Part shown: positions 37,781-51,278 of the stretch, in pieces | Layout of the letters: each line of letters opens with the position of its first letter | Position numbering within the stretch: position 1 is the first letter of the stretch | Assembly (NCBI RefSeq): GCF_009914755.1 | Contig: NC_060931.1 | Length of the DNA: 64,000 bases | DNA from: the human T2T-CHM13v2.0 reference genome, Homo sapiens | Reading direction: 5' to 3' (one strand) | The notes under the pieces: model-generated | Database searches by the model: none | Told to the model about the DNA's origin: nothing | What the model saw: the letters and a program-made list of their open reading frames with translations, nothing else | Made by a program: the position numbers and the translations under genes

Positions 37781-40700
37781 CTATGTGACTGCAAGTAAGG
37801 TTCCCCAGTAAGTCATGTCCATTATAACACAGAGGCTGCCACGGTCAGCCTCACCATGCCTTCTAATGCTCGTGAAAGTTGAGAAACTCCCAGTCACCCA
37901 AATGAATGGTGGAAAGACAGGAGCCTGCCTGCAAAGAAAGCTTTAGGTTGAGCTCTTCAGATGCCCAGGGATTTGCTGTGGCACACAGGCTTAGGACAGT
38001 TTGGGTTCTGTGTTTTTCATGCAAATACTTCTGTAGCATCACTTAGCACTGAAAGAAGTGTGGTTCGGTGGAAAGCATAGAATTTTGAAATGACACAGCC
38101 CTGTGTTCAAATCACAGCTTGACTGTTCACTAAGTCCTCCAGAGTCCAGCCATTCTCCTCTTTCTCAGAAAGTTCATCTACCTAATGAGTTTCTGGTGAG
38201 ATTGTTTTGGGAGGTGATGAACGCAGCACCTGGCATAGAACAGAGAGGGGATGGGGAGGCGAAACTCTCCCAGGTGAGCCTCTGCACCCCCCAGCAGTGG
38301 CACCCTCCACAGCCCAGGTGCGGTTTTTCAGTAGGGCCCTTACACCTTCTTGCTTTTCCCAGCCAATGAGGCATCCACGCTGCTGCTTAGGAGTAGGGGA
38401 AAGGATGTAATGCACGCGAGAGGCAGTGTCCACACCGTGAGAAAAAAGTGGGACGGTGGCAGGAGGTGCGGGAGAGTGGGACAGGATTCTGCCCATGAAG
38501 CCCAGGATGCTGGAGGATGCTGGCCAGCACTTCCAGGAACAGAACCTTCCTGCTCTTTGGAAACTGCTGTGTGAGTGCTTGTTTGTTGCAGGGCTCAAAC
38601 ACGCAAAATCTTCATTTCAAGATTTTTTTCTCCACACTTGTCTTGACCCCCAAATAAGCAAGGTGTTCTGCCATGGGTTTCTATAGACACCCAGTACTTT
38701 ACACACCACTCTCTTTTCCATTGCAAGTTATAATGGCCACGCTAAGCAGAATCCCATCATGATGAGAAGGATCTGGCTCAAAGCACAGACAGGAGTGCTT
38801 CCCATCTCCAGGCACCAAACTAGGCAAGAGGGCAACGGGCAAAGCCAGCCTTGCCTGTGTGTCGGTCAGTGCACGCCCCACGCACCTTGCCACCCCAACC
38901 CAGCTCTTCCTCCAAGAACGAGTGGGCGTCCTAATGGTGGGACGATCTATTTTGTCTAAATAGCGAAGAGTCTCAGTAACCCTTTTAAATTAATTGCTGT
39001 TCCTATAGCTAAAAGCATAACAGGCTTTGATTACATGCTAAATAGAATGAAACATAATCCTGAGTTAATTACATGGAGATAATTTTATAATTATATCATT
39101 CAATTTAAGAACCAATGTGTTGCTAACCTCCAACTTTAACAGGAGTGATTATTCAAAATAAAAACAGTCACAAATCTGAACCTTTTGAAGGACCCAGCAG
39201 AGCCATCTTCTCCTTTCCCTCAAGTGGCAGAGAACGCGCATCACTCAGCCATCCATCGTCCGTCCCCTACCTGCAAGTCCTCCCTCCGAAAAAGTGAAAA
39301 CACTGGAAACTCCCAGAGGAAAGGGGCTGTCTGCGGAGAGCATTTCCCAGCATCAACCTGCCCTCATCCACTGGAGTAGCCAATCTGCATTTCTGTGCTG
39401 CCCAGCTTGTATGTGGAAGTAATGTCCTAGGGTCCCTGACTCCAGGAGCCCCAGGCAGGATGCTCTGGTCTCTCATCAGGTATGAATGGAGTCTGTGGCC
39501 AGGAGCTGGGGTGAAGGTCAAAGCCCCAACCACCTCTACAGGTGGCTCACTTCCTGTCCCAAATATTAGTGCCCTTGGATGGGAGTGGCCACTACATCTA
39601 GCAGGACCAGGACTGGTAATCAATTTGTACCTGCAACTCTCTGTCGTAGTGTCCCCCACCCCCACCCACTAAGCTATAAAGGAAGAGGCTTTTGGTGGCC
39701 CCCTCAGGTGAGGTAGCTTTAGCAGGTGCTACTCCGGGGCCACTCTAGGCCTATTGCCATGACGGGCCTTCCTTTCTGAATGAAGGCCAGAACATCAGGT
39801 CTGGATGGAGAGTTAAATGTTCTGATTCTTTTAAAGGTGATCAAAGACCAGCTGGGCCCATTGCCCCTGGGAACTCAGTGAGCCTTAGAATTTATTTTAG
39901 TGACTGCATACTGCCTCAGAGTAGGCGATTCCACCAGTGACTCATCACTCGCAGAGAGAAAAACATCTTTTATATGTAGAGACGGGAACGCGCCCTGTGG
40001 ATTCAGAGCCCCAAGGAAACAAAAACAGCACGTCAGAGGAAGAATGTCATACAAACCCGCTGGAGTCACAAGGCAAAACAGCCCCCATACCTAAACGCCC
40101 GGCGTGACAATGGCCTTTGTGCCTGGCGCCGTCGGGGGGAGCTGGGCGCCTAGCGGGTGGGGCAGGCGGAAGTTGGACACATTTCCACGCAGGTGAGGCC
40201 ATCCATGGGGTGATGCGGGTGTTGGGGCTCGCTGCTTTCGCTCCATGAAGATTTGCAGCCCCCCACAGCCAACCCACCCCATCCCTTCCCCCCACAAGGG
40301 TATTTCATCCACACTGTTTTTTAAATGCTTCCTAGTCAAACTTGAATATGCAATGAGACGCGGGAGCTTTGTGGCGGAAATATAATTAAACTGGGGAAAG
40401 ATGTAAAAGCTGAAGAATGGGATGACATCAGGCTGATTTCACACTCGGCAGTCGGATCGCTGGGCCCAAGCCGCGCTCTTGCCACGCAAGGCAGATCAAA
40501 GTGCCCTGCCACCGCTAAAAAGGCAAAAGGGGACTTAAGTATGCTAATCCCCAGGACAAATATATTTTAATCTTGTTAGAATACAAGTTAATGCTGCAGC
40601 TCAGTGGCTGAACTTGGTCAGACTGTAGAGATCCATTTTTATTTTAGCTATGAATGAGCTAGACCTCTTGGTTTATTCATCGGTAATAAAAGTAAATTTA

Positions 40701-41266
40701 CAAAACGAACCCCTCTTTGGGCTGTGTCACCCCCACCTTGAGCTCTCCTTACTGGGGACTGGGGAATTCCAGAGGCTTCCAAGATGGGAGCATCCCTAAC
40801 ACCATCCATCCTTCTCCGACCTGTCCCCTTCTGTAGAGCATCCTGATGGCCGAGGAAGGAACTCTGCTCACGCAGCAGAGAAGAAACAGGGAAACTCAAA
40901 AATTAATTAAAAGATTCTCCAAAGCAATCTGTTTCCCTTTAGGCTTGTGGTTTGACAACCAAACCAATTCCTTTCTGTCAGCCCTCTCACTTTAATTTTT
41001 GCAATGTCAATTTTCATTACTATTAATTATTTGCCAAGCTCCAACTGTACATTTGGCATTGCTCTGATGAGCAAGAAGCTCTCAGGTTCCTCCCTCTTTA
41101 AGTGTCGATTCCTGGAAGATATGAATATGCAAGTTTCTGCGTGTGTGTACATGTAAAATATTGGGCACACATAGAAGAAGAAATGTCAGCCTGTAGAGCT
41201 CCCCTTGAAATAAAACCACTGTGGTAAAATATTAAGCAGAACCACGGATATATCTGCACAGAGGAA

Positions 41267-41270
<4 letters not shown>

Positions 41271-41344
<74 letters not shown>
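41271..41344. repeat. Compound microsatellite (TG)28(AG)9
   Basis: Direct reading. Confidence 0.95.
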
Positions 41345-42087
41345 CGAGCCAGCCAGCGAGCCAGCACTTAACTGTAAGGTTACAGAAGGTTAAACGGCCC
41401 TGCAGAGCCTGCCTGCTAAATATTGCTGATGGCAGCCGCGTCTAAAAGGCAATTTCTGTCTTTCTGCTCTAGCGTGTGTTAGAATTCCCTCTGCCTCAGG
41501 CAGAAAACCTGACTCCCACTAAAGTGTGCTGCACAGCCCTGCATTCCAAAGCCTGTCTGTGCCCTTCCGGCTCCCTGGCCTCAGCAGGGGGGGCGGGTGC
41601 AGGAGGCTATGCGCGCACACACAGTCCCCCAGGCAGGCCAGGCAACTGGCAGCCCGAGGGGAGGGGCAGCTGGCAGCAGTATCCCCCTCCCCCACAGAGA
41701 GCTTGGAAGGTTGGGAGGAATCCACCCACCCCTGACTGTCCCTGGTTTCCAGGACTCGGGAATGTCCATCCCTGCCATATTTTTGTCTGTGTGGGAAGCA
41801 GACACACTGTCACTACTGTAAGCACACAATTGATAAACGGTGAGTTTCCAAATTCCCGGGAAGAAAAGCTGGACAAAGACCCTAGAAGGGAAGTGTCTCC
41901 CATATTCGTGTTTCTCCTAATCCCTTCAGTGTTCTGCCCTTTAGCTGTAGCCAGCTTAGTGCACACTCTAGCACTTCCGTTGCAGTTCGTGTTCTGGAAG
42001 TCACATTTCCCAGGCATTGGTGTAATGTCTCTTCCTGTCTCAAATAATAATAACACCCAATGTTGATTGAGTTCCTACTAGGTCTCA

Positions 42088-42485
42088 GTGTAGGAGTTTC
42101 TGAGGGCGGCCGTAACAGTAGCACACACTGAGAGGTTCACACGACAGAAGTCTATTCTCCGAGTCCTGGAGGCTAGAAGGCCAAAATCAAGGTGTCAGCT
42201 GGGCTCTCTCTGAAGGCTGCAGGGGAGACCCTTCTCGCCTCTTCCTGGCTTTTTGTGAAGGCTGGCAACCCCTCACTCCAATCTCTGTCTTTGCTGTCAC
42301 ACGGCCTTCTGCCCTGTGTCTGTACCCAAATTTCCCTTTGCTTATAAGGACACCAGTTACATTAGATTTGGGCCCCCCTTAATTCTGTGTGACCTCCTCT
42401 GATCACATCTGTATGGCCCTATTTCCAAATAAGGTTCCGTTCACATATTCCCAGGACATTAATGTGGGAGTACACTGTTCTACCC
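42088..42485 (-). mobile_element. MLT1 (B/C-like) MaLR LTR
   Basis: ctggaggctagaaggccaaaatcaaggtgtc...cttataaggacaccagt...ccctatttccaaataaggt. Confidence 0.8.
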
Positions 42486-42859
42486 AGGACAGCCAATACT
42501 CACCATTGTATGTGGGTTATCTTCAGTCACTCTCATAATGCACCCCACCAGGTGGCTACTGGTCTTAACACCGTTTTACGGGGGAGAGGACTGAGGTCAG
42601 GGAAGGGAAGCTATCCGGGCTGGCCAGGGTGTGTGGGGCTGTGTGAGCTCTTATTTGCTGTGTGGCATTGCTCTCCGCGACCTTGGCTGGTTTACATCAC
42701 CAGCAACATAATCCTGACTTGGTTTAGGCCTGGCCAGATTGCATGTGTGTGTCCCCAGGGAGACGCTGTCCCCCAGCACCGACGACATGCATGTGAACTT
42801 GCCTCGTAATCTGCAAGGGTGAAGCAAACACCGATGGCACTGGTGTCATGCCTGCTGTG

Positions 42860-43010
42860 CCTTTTCCTCTCTGGGCCTTGGTTTCCTCATCTGAAACCTG
42901 CAGATAATAGAATTAACTTGAAAGCCTGCAGTGACAATCACATGAGAGAGTGCCCATGGGCACTGGGATCCCGCCTGGTGTACAGTGAGCACTCAGTAAG
43001 TGTCTGCCAG
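42860..43010 (+). mobile_element. MIR
   Basis: ctctgggccttggtttcctcatctgaaa...gagcactcagtaagtgt. Confidence 0.6.
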
Positions 43011-44249
43011 GGCTGGCTGTGATTTTCCAACTGCAGACATAGCAAATAATGAACTCGTATGTGCTATCCTTTGGTTGTTTCAGTTCCCTGTAAGTCCCGG
43101 CTCCCTCCTCCTCTCTCCTGGAGATCTGAGGCTCTGCAGCAGCCTGATGCCACCCTCAGGGCTCTGGAACCAGCAGGCCAGAGGGAGACACCACGCAGCC
43201 TGCCACCGCTCCTTACCTGCTGTGCCTTGGTTTCCTCTATGCTAGATGGGGGAATTAATCTGCCTCAGAGGACTGTTGAACTTAGACACGTAACAAGCCC
43301 GGCACAGAATAAATGCTCAGTCAAAGGCAGTGACCGTTCTTACGGAGGCAGGAGCCAACGGGGATCCTCCTTGCCCACTGCAGGTCATGCCATCTCAGGG
43401 TTCCCTTGGGTGCTCTGCATTGCACGTGCCCAGTAAGGTGCTGAGACCATGGAGAGCACTCACGCACTCATTAGCACGGAGCCGTTACTGTTGCTGCTAG
43501 TATTACTGCTTGGCTGACTTCTCATGCGAGGGAATCTGGTTCCCATAGAGCAGACCCATAAGGTCTAGAGCTGAACTTCTCAAAGTGGAAGCTAAAGAAC
43601 TTTTTATGAGGCTGGGAAATACAGGAACATAAAACTGAAAATGACTGGACACATAATCTTGCATCAAATCAAACATCGTGTTGTTTTCAGCGGAGAGCCA
43701 AGGCAGGTGTTCGATTATAATATTTGGGGAAAAGCTAAGGATGGAGCCCTCCCTTTCCCAGCTTCTTCAGTGGCCCCAGGAGCACATCTGTAGTGGAGAC
43801 AAGCTGCAGGGCCCTCCCTTGTCTGGGGCTTTGCCTGGCCTCTGTCTTCATCTCTTTCTGGGCTCCACCAAGCCTTGGCCTCAGGGTGCTGAGAGACCAG
43901 GGATGCAATACGCTTGCCTCCATCAAAGGGGCACCAATAACAACAATCGTGTGCATCTGCCAGGTGCTCAGGAGCAGGATGCGCTGTGCCAGGCACTTCA
44001 CAGGTCACCTCACTTGCCGCTCACAAAATCCGGTGAGGTGAGTCCTGGGACTAGTACAGGACAGTCCTAGGGAGGTATTGAGAGGGTGAGCCAGCCATCC
44101 AAACCCACAGAGCTGAGATCTATCCCTCCCCAAGTCACTGCATTTTAGAGAGAGTCACTGAGTGGGCAGGGGAGGCACTAATCCCAAGGAGTAGCTAGTC
44201 CACGATGGAAACGCAGGCATCGGCACACAAGGACAAGTATTTGGTGAAG

Positions 44250-44620
44250 AGGACTGTGGCATGGAGTGTGCTCCCCAGACATTCCATCTGCACCTGCCTG
44301 TTTCCCAGCCTCCTTTGTCGTTAGGTTGAGGACATCAGCTTAGTACTGACCAATGGTCTGGGAGCAAAAGTGACCCCATAGCACCCTTTGGTCCAAAGCT
44401 CTTAAGAGTGGATGTGGTTCTCCATGTCCTTTTTCTTTCCCTGCCTTTACAACTCTGGATGCCTCAAGTTAGATGATGCGGTCAGGACACTGAAGTGCAC
44501 ATTTCCTTGATCCTTGCATGACTGTGTGGAGCAGAGTGCCTCCAACTCACTTTGGACACATACAGCTAGGTCAATGAGATGTTGCAGTTAACTTAGAGCA
44601 CCAAAGGCCAGCTCACTCTG
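44250..44620 (+). mobile_element. Old MLT1 (J/K-like) LTR fragment
   Basis: tttcccagcctccttt...gaccaatgg...tgactgtgtggagcagag. Confidence 0.5.
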
Positions 44621-45424
44621 GCCATACATGACCTACCTGGAACCCTGCACAACACGACAAGGTGACAACAGCCTGGCCCTCCTGACACTAGGGCCAGCCC
44701 CTGTCCTGAGAGAAGAGAGATGGCCTCCTTGTCCTGACTCTTTATATTTATATTCTTATTCTTTCCCACTTCTTGCTCTATGTGCCTAAACCTAGACCAG
44801 AGGGGGAAGATTATGTTTTGGACATCATGCCCAAATTGTTCCCTTTATGATAATGACTGGTTCCCATTGTTATAACTACTCAATGTTCAATTAGGAAATG
44901 GCGAGATGGCTCATCTGAAAATTTTTCTTGAGGGCTGAGAATGTAAAGCTGAGAATGAGTTAAATGCTACATCACGTTTTCCTGGTATGTGTTACATCTG
45001 CTGCTGCGTTAAAGCCGTTTGAGTGATTCCACACACCCTTCCCTCACTCAGGGTTCTGATGTGACACTGTTTGAACATGTTGACTTTAGCACCATTCTTG
45101 CAATGTCCTTGATATCGTAAAAAGCAAACGCTCATGCAGTTCAGTGCTTTTCCAGTGCCTCCCTCCACTGCCCATGGAAGGTGGTGATTCTGGGTGACAC
45201 TTGCCTAACTCAAATACATTTATATCTTCATCTCTACTCACTTAGTAGGAGAAAGTCCTATATTTGTGCGGACTTGTATGACCCCTCCACTCAAAAATAT
45301 AAAGTGTGCACACACTACGGTATACCATAAGCAGTGAGATGTTTTTTTCCTTGTTTTTCAGTGTTCATTGACCTACATTTGGAGTTTCATATTTGCTAGT
45401 ATAGAGATAGAAGGTGGTGGAGAA

Positions 45425-45655
45425 ACAGGCTGCCCTGCACAGTTGAGCAGGTTGTTCACTGCACAGAGCAGCCCGCTGAGGTGGTTGAGTTAAAACCCAG
45501 CTTAGATTCTGTTTGCTAAGCTTTGTGTTCTGGCATAGGGTGGCATCCACTTCAGGAAGCACAAAGGCACCACCCACTCACCAAGGTGTTACTGCCAAAA
45601 GAGGGAGAATTCCCCTAATTTGTACAAAGACATGAGTGGGTTCCAGTAGCCTGGT
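45425..45655. mobile_element. MER91-like hAT-Tip100 fossil
   Basis: caggctgccctgcacagttgagcaggttgttcactgcaca...agtagcctg with short terminal inverted repeats. Confidence 0.5.
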
Positions 45656-46280
45656 AGAGAGGGGCCAAGGGAGTACAGAAAAAGGGGGTGGAGAAGAGGC
45701 AGTGACTACAGTATCAAGACAGGAGTGCCAGCACCTTATTTTTATTTAAAAACAAGATGAAACTCAAAAACAAAAAAACCTCAACAGTCACAAAAACAAA
45801 CAGCCACTGCCAAGGTCTCTTGAAAATTAGGCTTGTTTTCATGTACAGCGCACAGAGGCAGGCAGACCTCATTTTCTTGTAGCCCACTTTATCGTGCTTC
45901 ACAGAGAGTGCGTTTTTGCAAATTGAAGGTTTGTGGCAACCCTGTGTCAAGCAAGTCTATCAGCACCATTTTCCCAATAGCACATGCTCGCTTTTGTCCT
46001 GTGTCACGCTTTGGTAATTTTCACAATATTTCAAACCTTGTCATTATTATGATATCTCTCATGGTGATCTGTGATCAGTGATCTTTGATGTTATTCTTGG
46101 AATTGTCGTGGGGTGCCATGAACGGCACCATATAAGATGATGAACTTAATGGATAAACGTTGTGTGTGTTCTGACTGCTCCACTGATTGGCCGTTTCTGG
46201 TCTCCCTCCCTCTCCTGGGGCCTCCCCATTCCCTGAGACACAAAAACAATGTTGGGTTTCAACAACATTGAAACCCAACC

Positions 46281-47760
46281 ACAGCCTGTAAGTGTTCAAG
46301 TAAAAGAAGGGTCACATTATCTTTCAGTTTCAATCAAAAGCTAGAAATGATTAAGCTTAGTGAGGAAGCCATGGTGAAAGCCAAGATAGGCTGAAAGCTG
46401 GGCCTCTTGTGCCAGTTAGCCAAGTTGTGAATAAAAAGGAAAAGTTTTTGAAGGAAATTAAAAGTGCTATGCCAGTGAACACACAACTGCTAAGAAAGTG
46501 ACACAAGCTCCTTGCTGATATGGAGCGAGATTTAGTGCTTTGGATAGAAGATCAAGCCAGCCACAACATTCCCTGCAGCCACAGCCTAATCCAGAGCAAG
46601 GCCCTAACTCTCTTCAATTCTGTGAAGGCCAAGGGAGGTAAGGAAGCTGCAAAAGAAAAGTTTGAAGCTGGCAGAGGTTGGTTCATGAGGTTTAAGGAAG
46701 GAAGCCGTCTCCATAACATAAAAGTGTAAGGTGAAATAACAAGTGCTCATGGAGAAGCTGCAGCAAGTTCTTTAGAAGATCTAGCTAAGACCGTCAATGA
46801 AGATGGCTCCACTAAACAACAGACTTTCAGTGTAGACCAAACAGCCTTCTATTGGAAGAAGATGCCTTCTAGGACTTTCATGGCTGGAGAGAAGTCAATA
46901 ACTGGCTTCAAATCTTCAAAGGTCAGGCTCACTCTCTTGTGGGGAGATAATGCAGCTGGTGACTTTAAGTTGAAGCCAATTTTACCAATCCAAACATCCT
47001 AGGGCTCTTAAGGATTACGTTAAATCTACTCTGCCTGTGCTCTATAAATGGACCAGCAAAGCCTGGATAACGGCACATCTGTGTACAGTATGGTTTGCTG
47101 AATACTTTAAGCCCACTGTTAAGACTTACTTCTTAGGAAAATGATTCTTTCCAAAATATTGCTACTTATTGACAGTGCACCTGGTCACCCAAGATCTCTA
47201 CTGGAGATGTACAAGGAGATTAATGTTGTTGTTTGTTTGTTTGTTTGTTTGTTTTGAGACAGAGTCTTGTTCTCTCCCCCAGGCTGGAGTGCAGTGGCAT
47301 GGAGTGATCTTGGCTCACTGCAACCTCTGCCTCCCAGGGTCAAGCAATTCTCCTGCCTCAACCTCCCAAGTAGCTAGGATTACAGGCACCCGCCACCACG
47401 CCCAGCTAACTTTGTAGTTTTAGTAGAGACAGGGTTTCACCATGTTGGCCAGGCTGGTCTCGAACTCCTGACCTCAAGTGATCCTCCCGCCTCGGACTCC
47501 CAAAGTACTGGGACTACAGGCGTGAGGCACCATGCCTGGCCTGAATGTTGTTTTCATGCCTGCTCACACAACATCCATTCTGCAGCCCATAGATCATGGA
47601 GTCATTTCTACTTTCAAGTCTTATTATTTGAGAAATACATTTCATAAGGCCATAGCTGCCATAGATAGTGAGTCCTCTGATGGAGCTGGGTGAGGTAAAC
47701 TGAAAGCCTTTTGGAAAGGATTTACCATTTGAGATGTCATTAAGAACATTCATAATTCAT
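46281..47760 (+). pseudogene. Disrupted Tigger1 transposase (CENP-B-like HTH + DDE)
   Basis: ORF 46520..46729 reads [12 protein letters not shown]...[10 protein letters not shown]...[12 protein letters not shown]; NQKLEMIKLSEE upstream; stops, frameshifts and an Alu interruption. Confidence 0.85.
47231..47541 (-). mobile_element. AluS in Tigger1, with (GTTT)n tail
   Basis: Reverse Alu; TSD T(T/G)AATGTTGTT at 47220-47230 and 47542-47552. Confidence 0.95.
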
Positions 47761-48001
47761 AAGAGAAGATCAATTATCAATATTCACAGGAGTTTGGAAG
47801 AAGTTTATTTTAACCCACATGGATGACTTTCAGAAGTTCAAGACTTGCATGGAGAAAGTATCTGTAGATGTGGTGGAAACAAAAAGAGAAATGGGATTAG
47901 AAGTGAAGCCTGAAGATGGGACTGAATTGCTGCAATCTCATAATCAGACTTGAACAGATAAGGAGTTGTTTCTCGTGGATGAACAAAGAAACTGGTTTCT
48001 T

Positions 48002-48631
<630 letters not shown>

Positions 48632-49075
48632 CTACTATTACTGGTGAAGAGGTTGTGAACATTGTTGGAATGACAACAAAGGACTTAGAATATCACATCA
48701 ACTTAGCTGATAAAGCAGCAGGGTTTGAGAGAATTGTCTCTAATATTGGAAGAAGTTCTACTGCAGGTAAAATGCTATCAAACAGCATCACATGCTAGAG
48801 AAGTCTTTCATGAAAGGAAAAGTCAATTGATGTGGCAAAATTCATTGTCTTATTTTAAGAAATTGCCACGACCACCCCAACCTTCAGCACCCTGATCAGT
48901 CACTAGCCATCAACATCAACAAGACCCTCGACCAGCAAAAAGATTATGATTTGTTGAAGATTCATATGATTGTTAGCATTTTTTAGCAATAACATATTTT
49001 TAATTAAGTTTTTTAGAGTTGTTTACACTATACGGTAGTCTATTAAGCATGCAATAACATTATTGTATTTTTTTA

Positions 49076-49486
<411 letters not shown>

Positions 49487-49579
49487 TTACTGCAATATTC
49501 ATTTTATTGTAGTGACCTGGAACTGAACTCACAATATCTTTGAGATATAACTATATATATTTATATATAGGGTATCTAT

Positions 49580-49975
49580 TTCTCAGCCGGTAATCACTTC
49601 TCTCCTCCCCTTGACCCCTTCTTTGTGATGAAGTATGCTTTCCCATGCTCTTTGATGTTGAGCTTGGCTATGTGACTTGCTTTGGTCAATGAAATATTTG
49701 CAGATGTCTTTGGCTTTACTTTCATGCTGTGGTGATTGGCTATGAAGAGAGCATGCTCCAGGTATCCTGGACTCCAGGATGAACACACGTAATGCAGACC
49801 TGAACCCACCCTGCACCCCTGCAGCAAAACCGCCCCACTGAGCTCACGCTTAGGTCAGCCGAACTGCAGTGGACCTACAGACCCATGAGCGTAGGGGGAA
49901 ATGCCTGCTCTTAGCAGCCACTGAATCCTGTCCTGATTTGTTGATGCAGGATGATGATGGTGGTAGCTGACTCAA
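49580..49975 (+). mobile_element. Old MLT1 (H/I-like) LTR
   Basis: ggctatgtgacttgctttggtcaatgaaat...cagacccatgag...agccactga. Confidence 0.6.
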
Positions 49976-50610
49976 ATGGCCTCTATCAAAATTAATTCCT
50001 TGTCCACATATAGAACTTGGGAACTGATTTTTGGAGGGTTTAAAAGAATCATCCTGACCCAGCTTTAATTTTAAATTCCATGTAAAGTTTAAGCTTGACA
50101 TTTCAAAGTTTCTGATTTCTATTTAACTTCTTGGCTCTCAGTGGTATCTACTCACTGCTCATTGAGAGTTACCTGTAAATCTCCCCAATTCCATTCACCA
50201 CTACAAAATGATTAAGTGCTGACTCCCATTGTTCTCTTCCAATGGTAAGGCCAACATGCAGTCTCAGAACAGTCATTAGATGTGAAATGAGGCTGAACAC
50301 AACTGGAAACCTCGTGGTGCTGGGTCTAAGCCCTCCCAAGTGGATCCCCTTTGTATAAAGTTCTTTCATGTTTTGGGGTGATTTTTTGACCCATATATTT
50401 GTCCCAAGCCGTGTAATAAGCTTTGCTCGTGGTATTCCCTAAGACAAGATCAAATAATTTCCCAAAGTTCCTCACCTGCGCTAGAGGACCTGTGTTTCTC
50501 TGCTCCTCGTAGCCTGGCAGCAGAGACCCGGAGTGGCCTAGGGCGAGGCTGTGACTGCATCACCTGTCCAATGCCACATCCTTCTTCCTCACGCACATGG
50601 CCCATGAAAG

Positions 50611-51278
50611 CCAGAACATGATCAGAATATGCTCAGAACACGCTCAGAACATGCTCAGAGCACACTTGGAACATGCTCAGAACACACTCAGAACACACTT
50701 AGAACACGCTCAGACCATGCTCAGAACATGCTCAGAACACGCTCAGAACAGACTCGGAATACACTCAGAACATACTCAGGACATGCTCAGAATAGGCTCA
50801 GAACACAGAACATGCTCAGAACATGCTCAGAACACACTGAGAACATGTTTATAACACGCTCAGAACCGACTCAGAATACACTCAGAACATACCCAGAACA
50901 TGCTCAGAACATGCTCGAAACACGCTCAGAACATGCTCAGAACACACGCAGAACATGCTCAGAACATGCTCATGCTTAGAAACAACTTGCTCGGAACATG
51001 TTTGGAACATGCTCAGAACACACTCAGAACATGTTTATAACATGCTCACAACAGGCTCAGAACACACTTGGAACATGCTTGGAACATGCTCAGAGCACAC
51101 TCAGAACATGCTTGGAACATGCTCAGAACACGCTCAGAACAGGCTCAGAACACACTCAGAACATGCTTGGAACATGCTCAGAACACACTCAACACGCTCA
51201 GAACAGGCTCGGAACACATTCAGAACACATTCAGAACACGCTCAGAACATGCTCAGAGCATGCTCAGAACACGCTCAG
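50611..51278. repeat. 11-bp minisatellite, ~60 copies (CAGAACAYRCT; commonest unit CAGAACATGCT)
   Basis: Period 11 throughout with a few short indels; unit cores alternate CATG / CACG / CACA. Confidence 0.97.
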
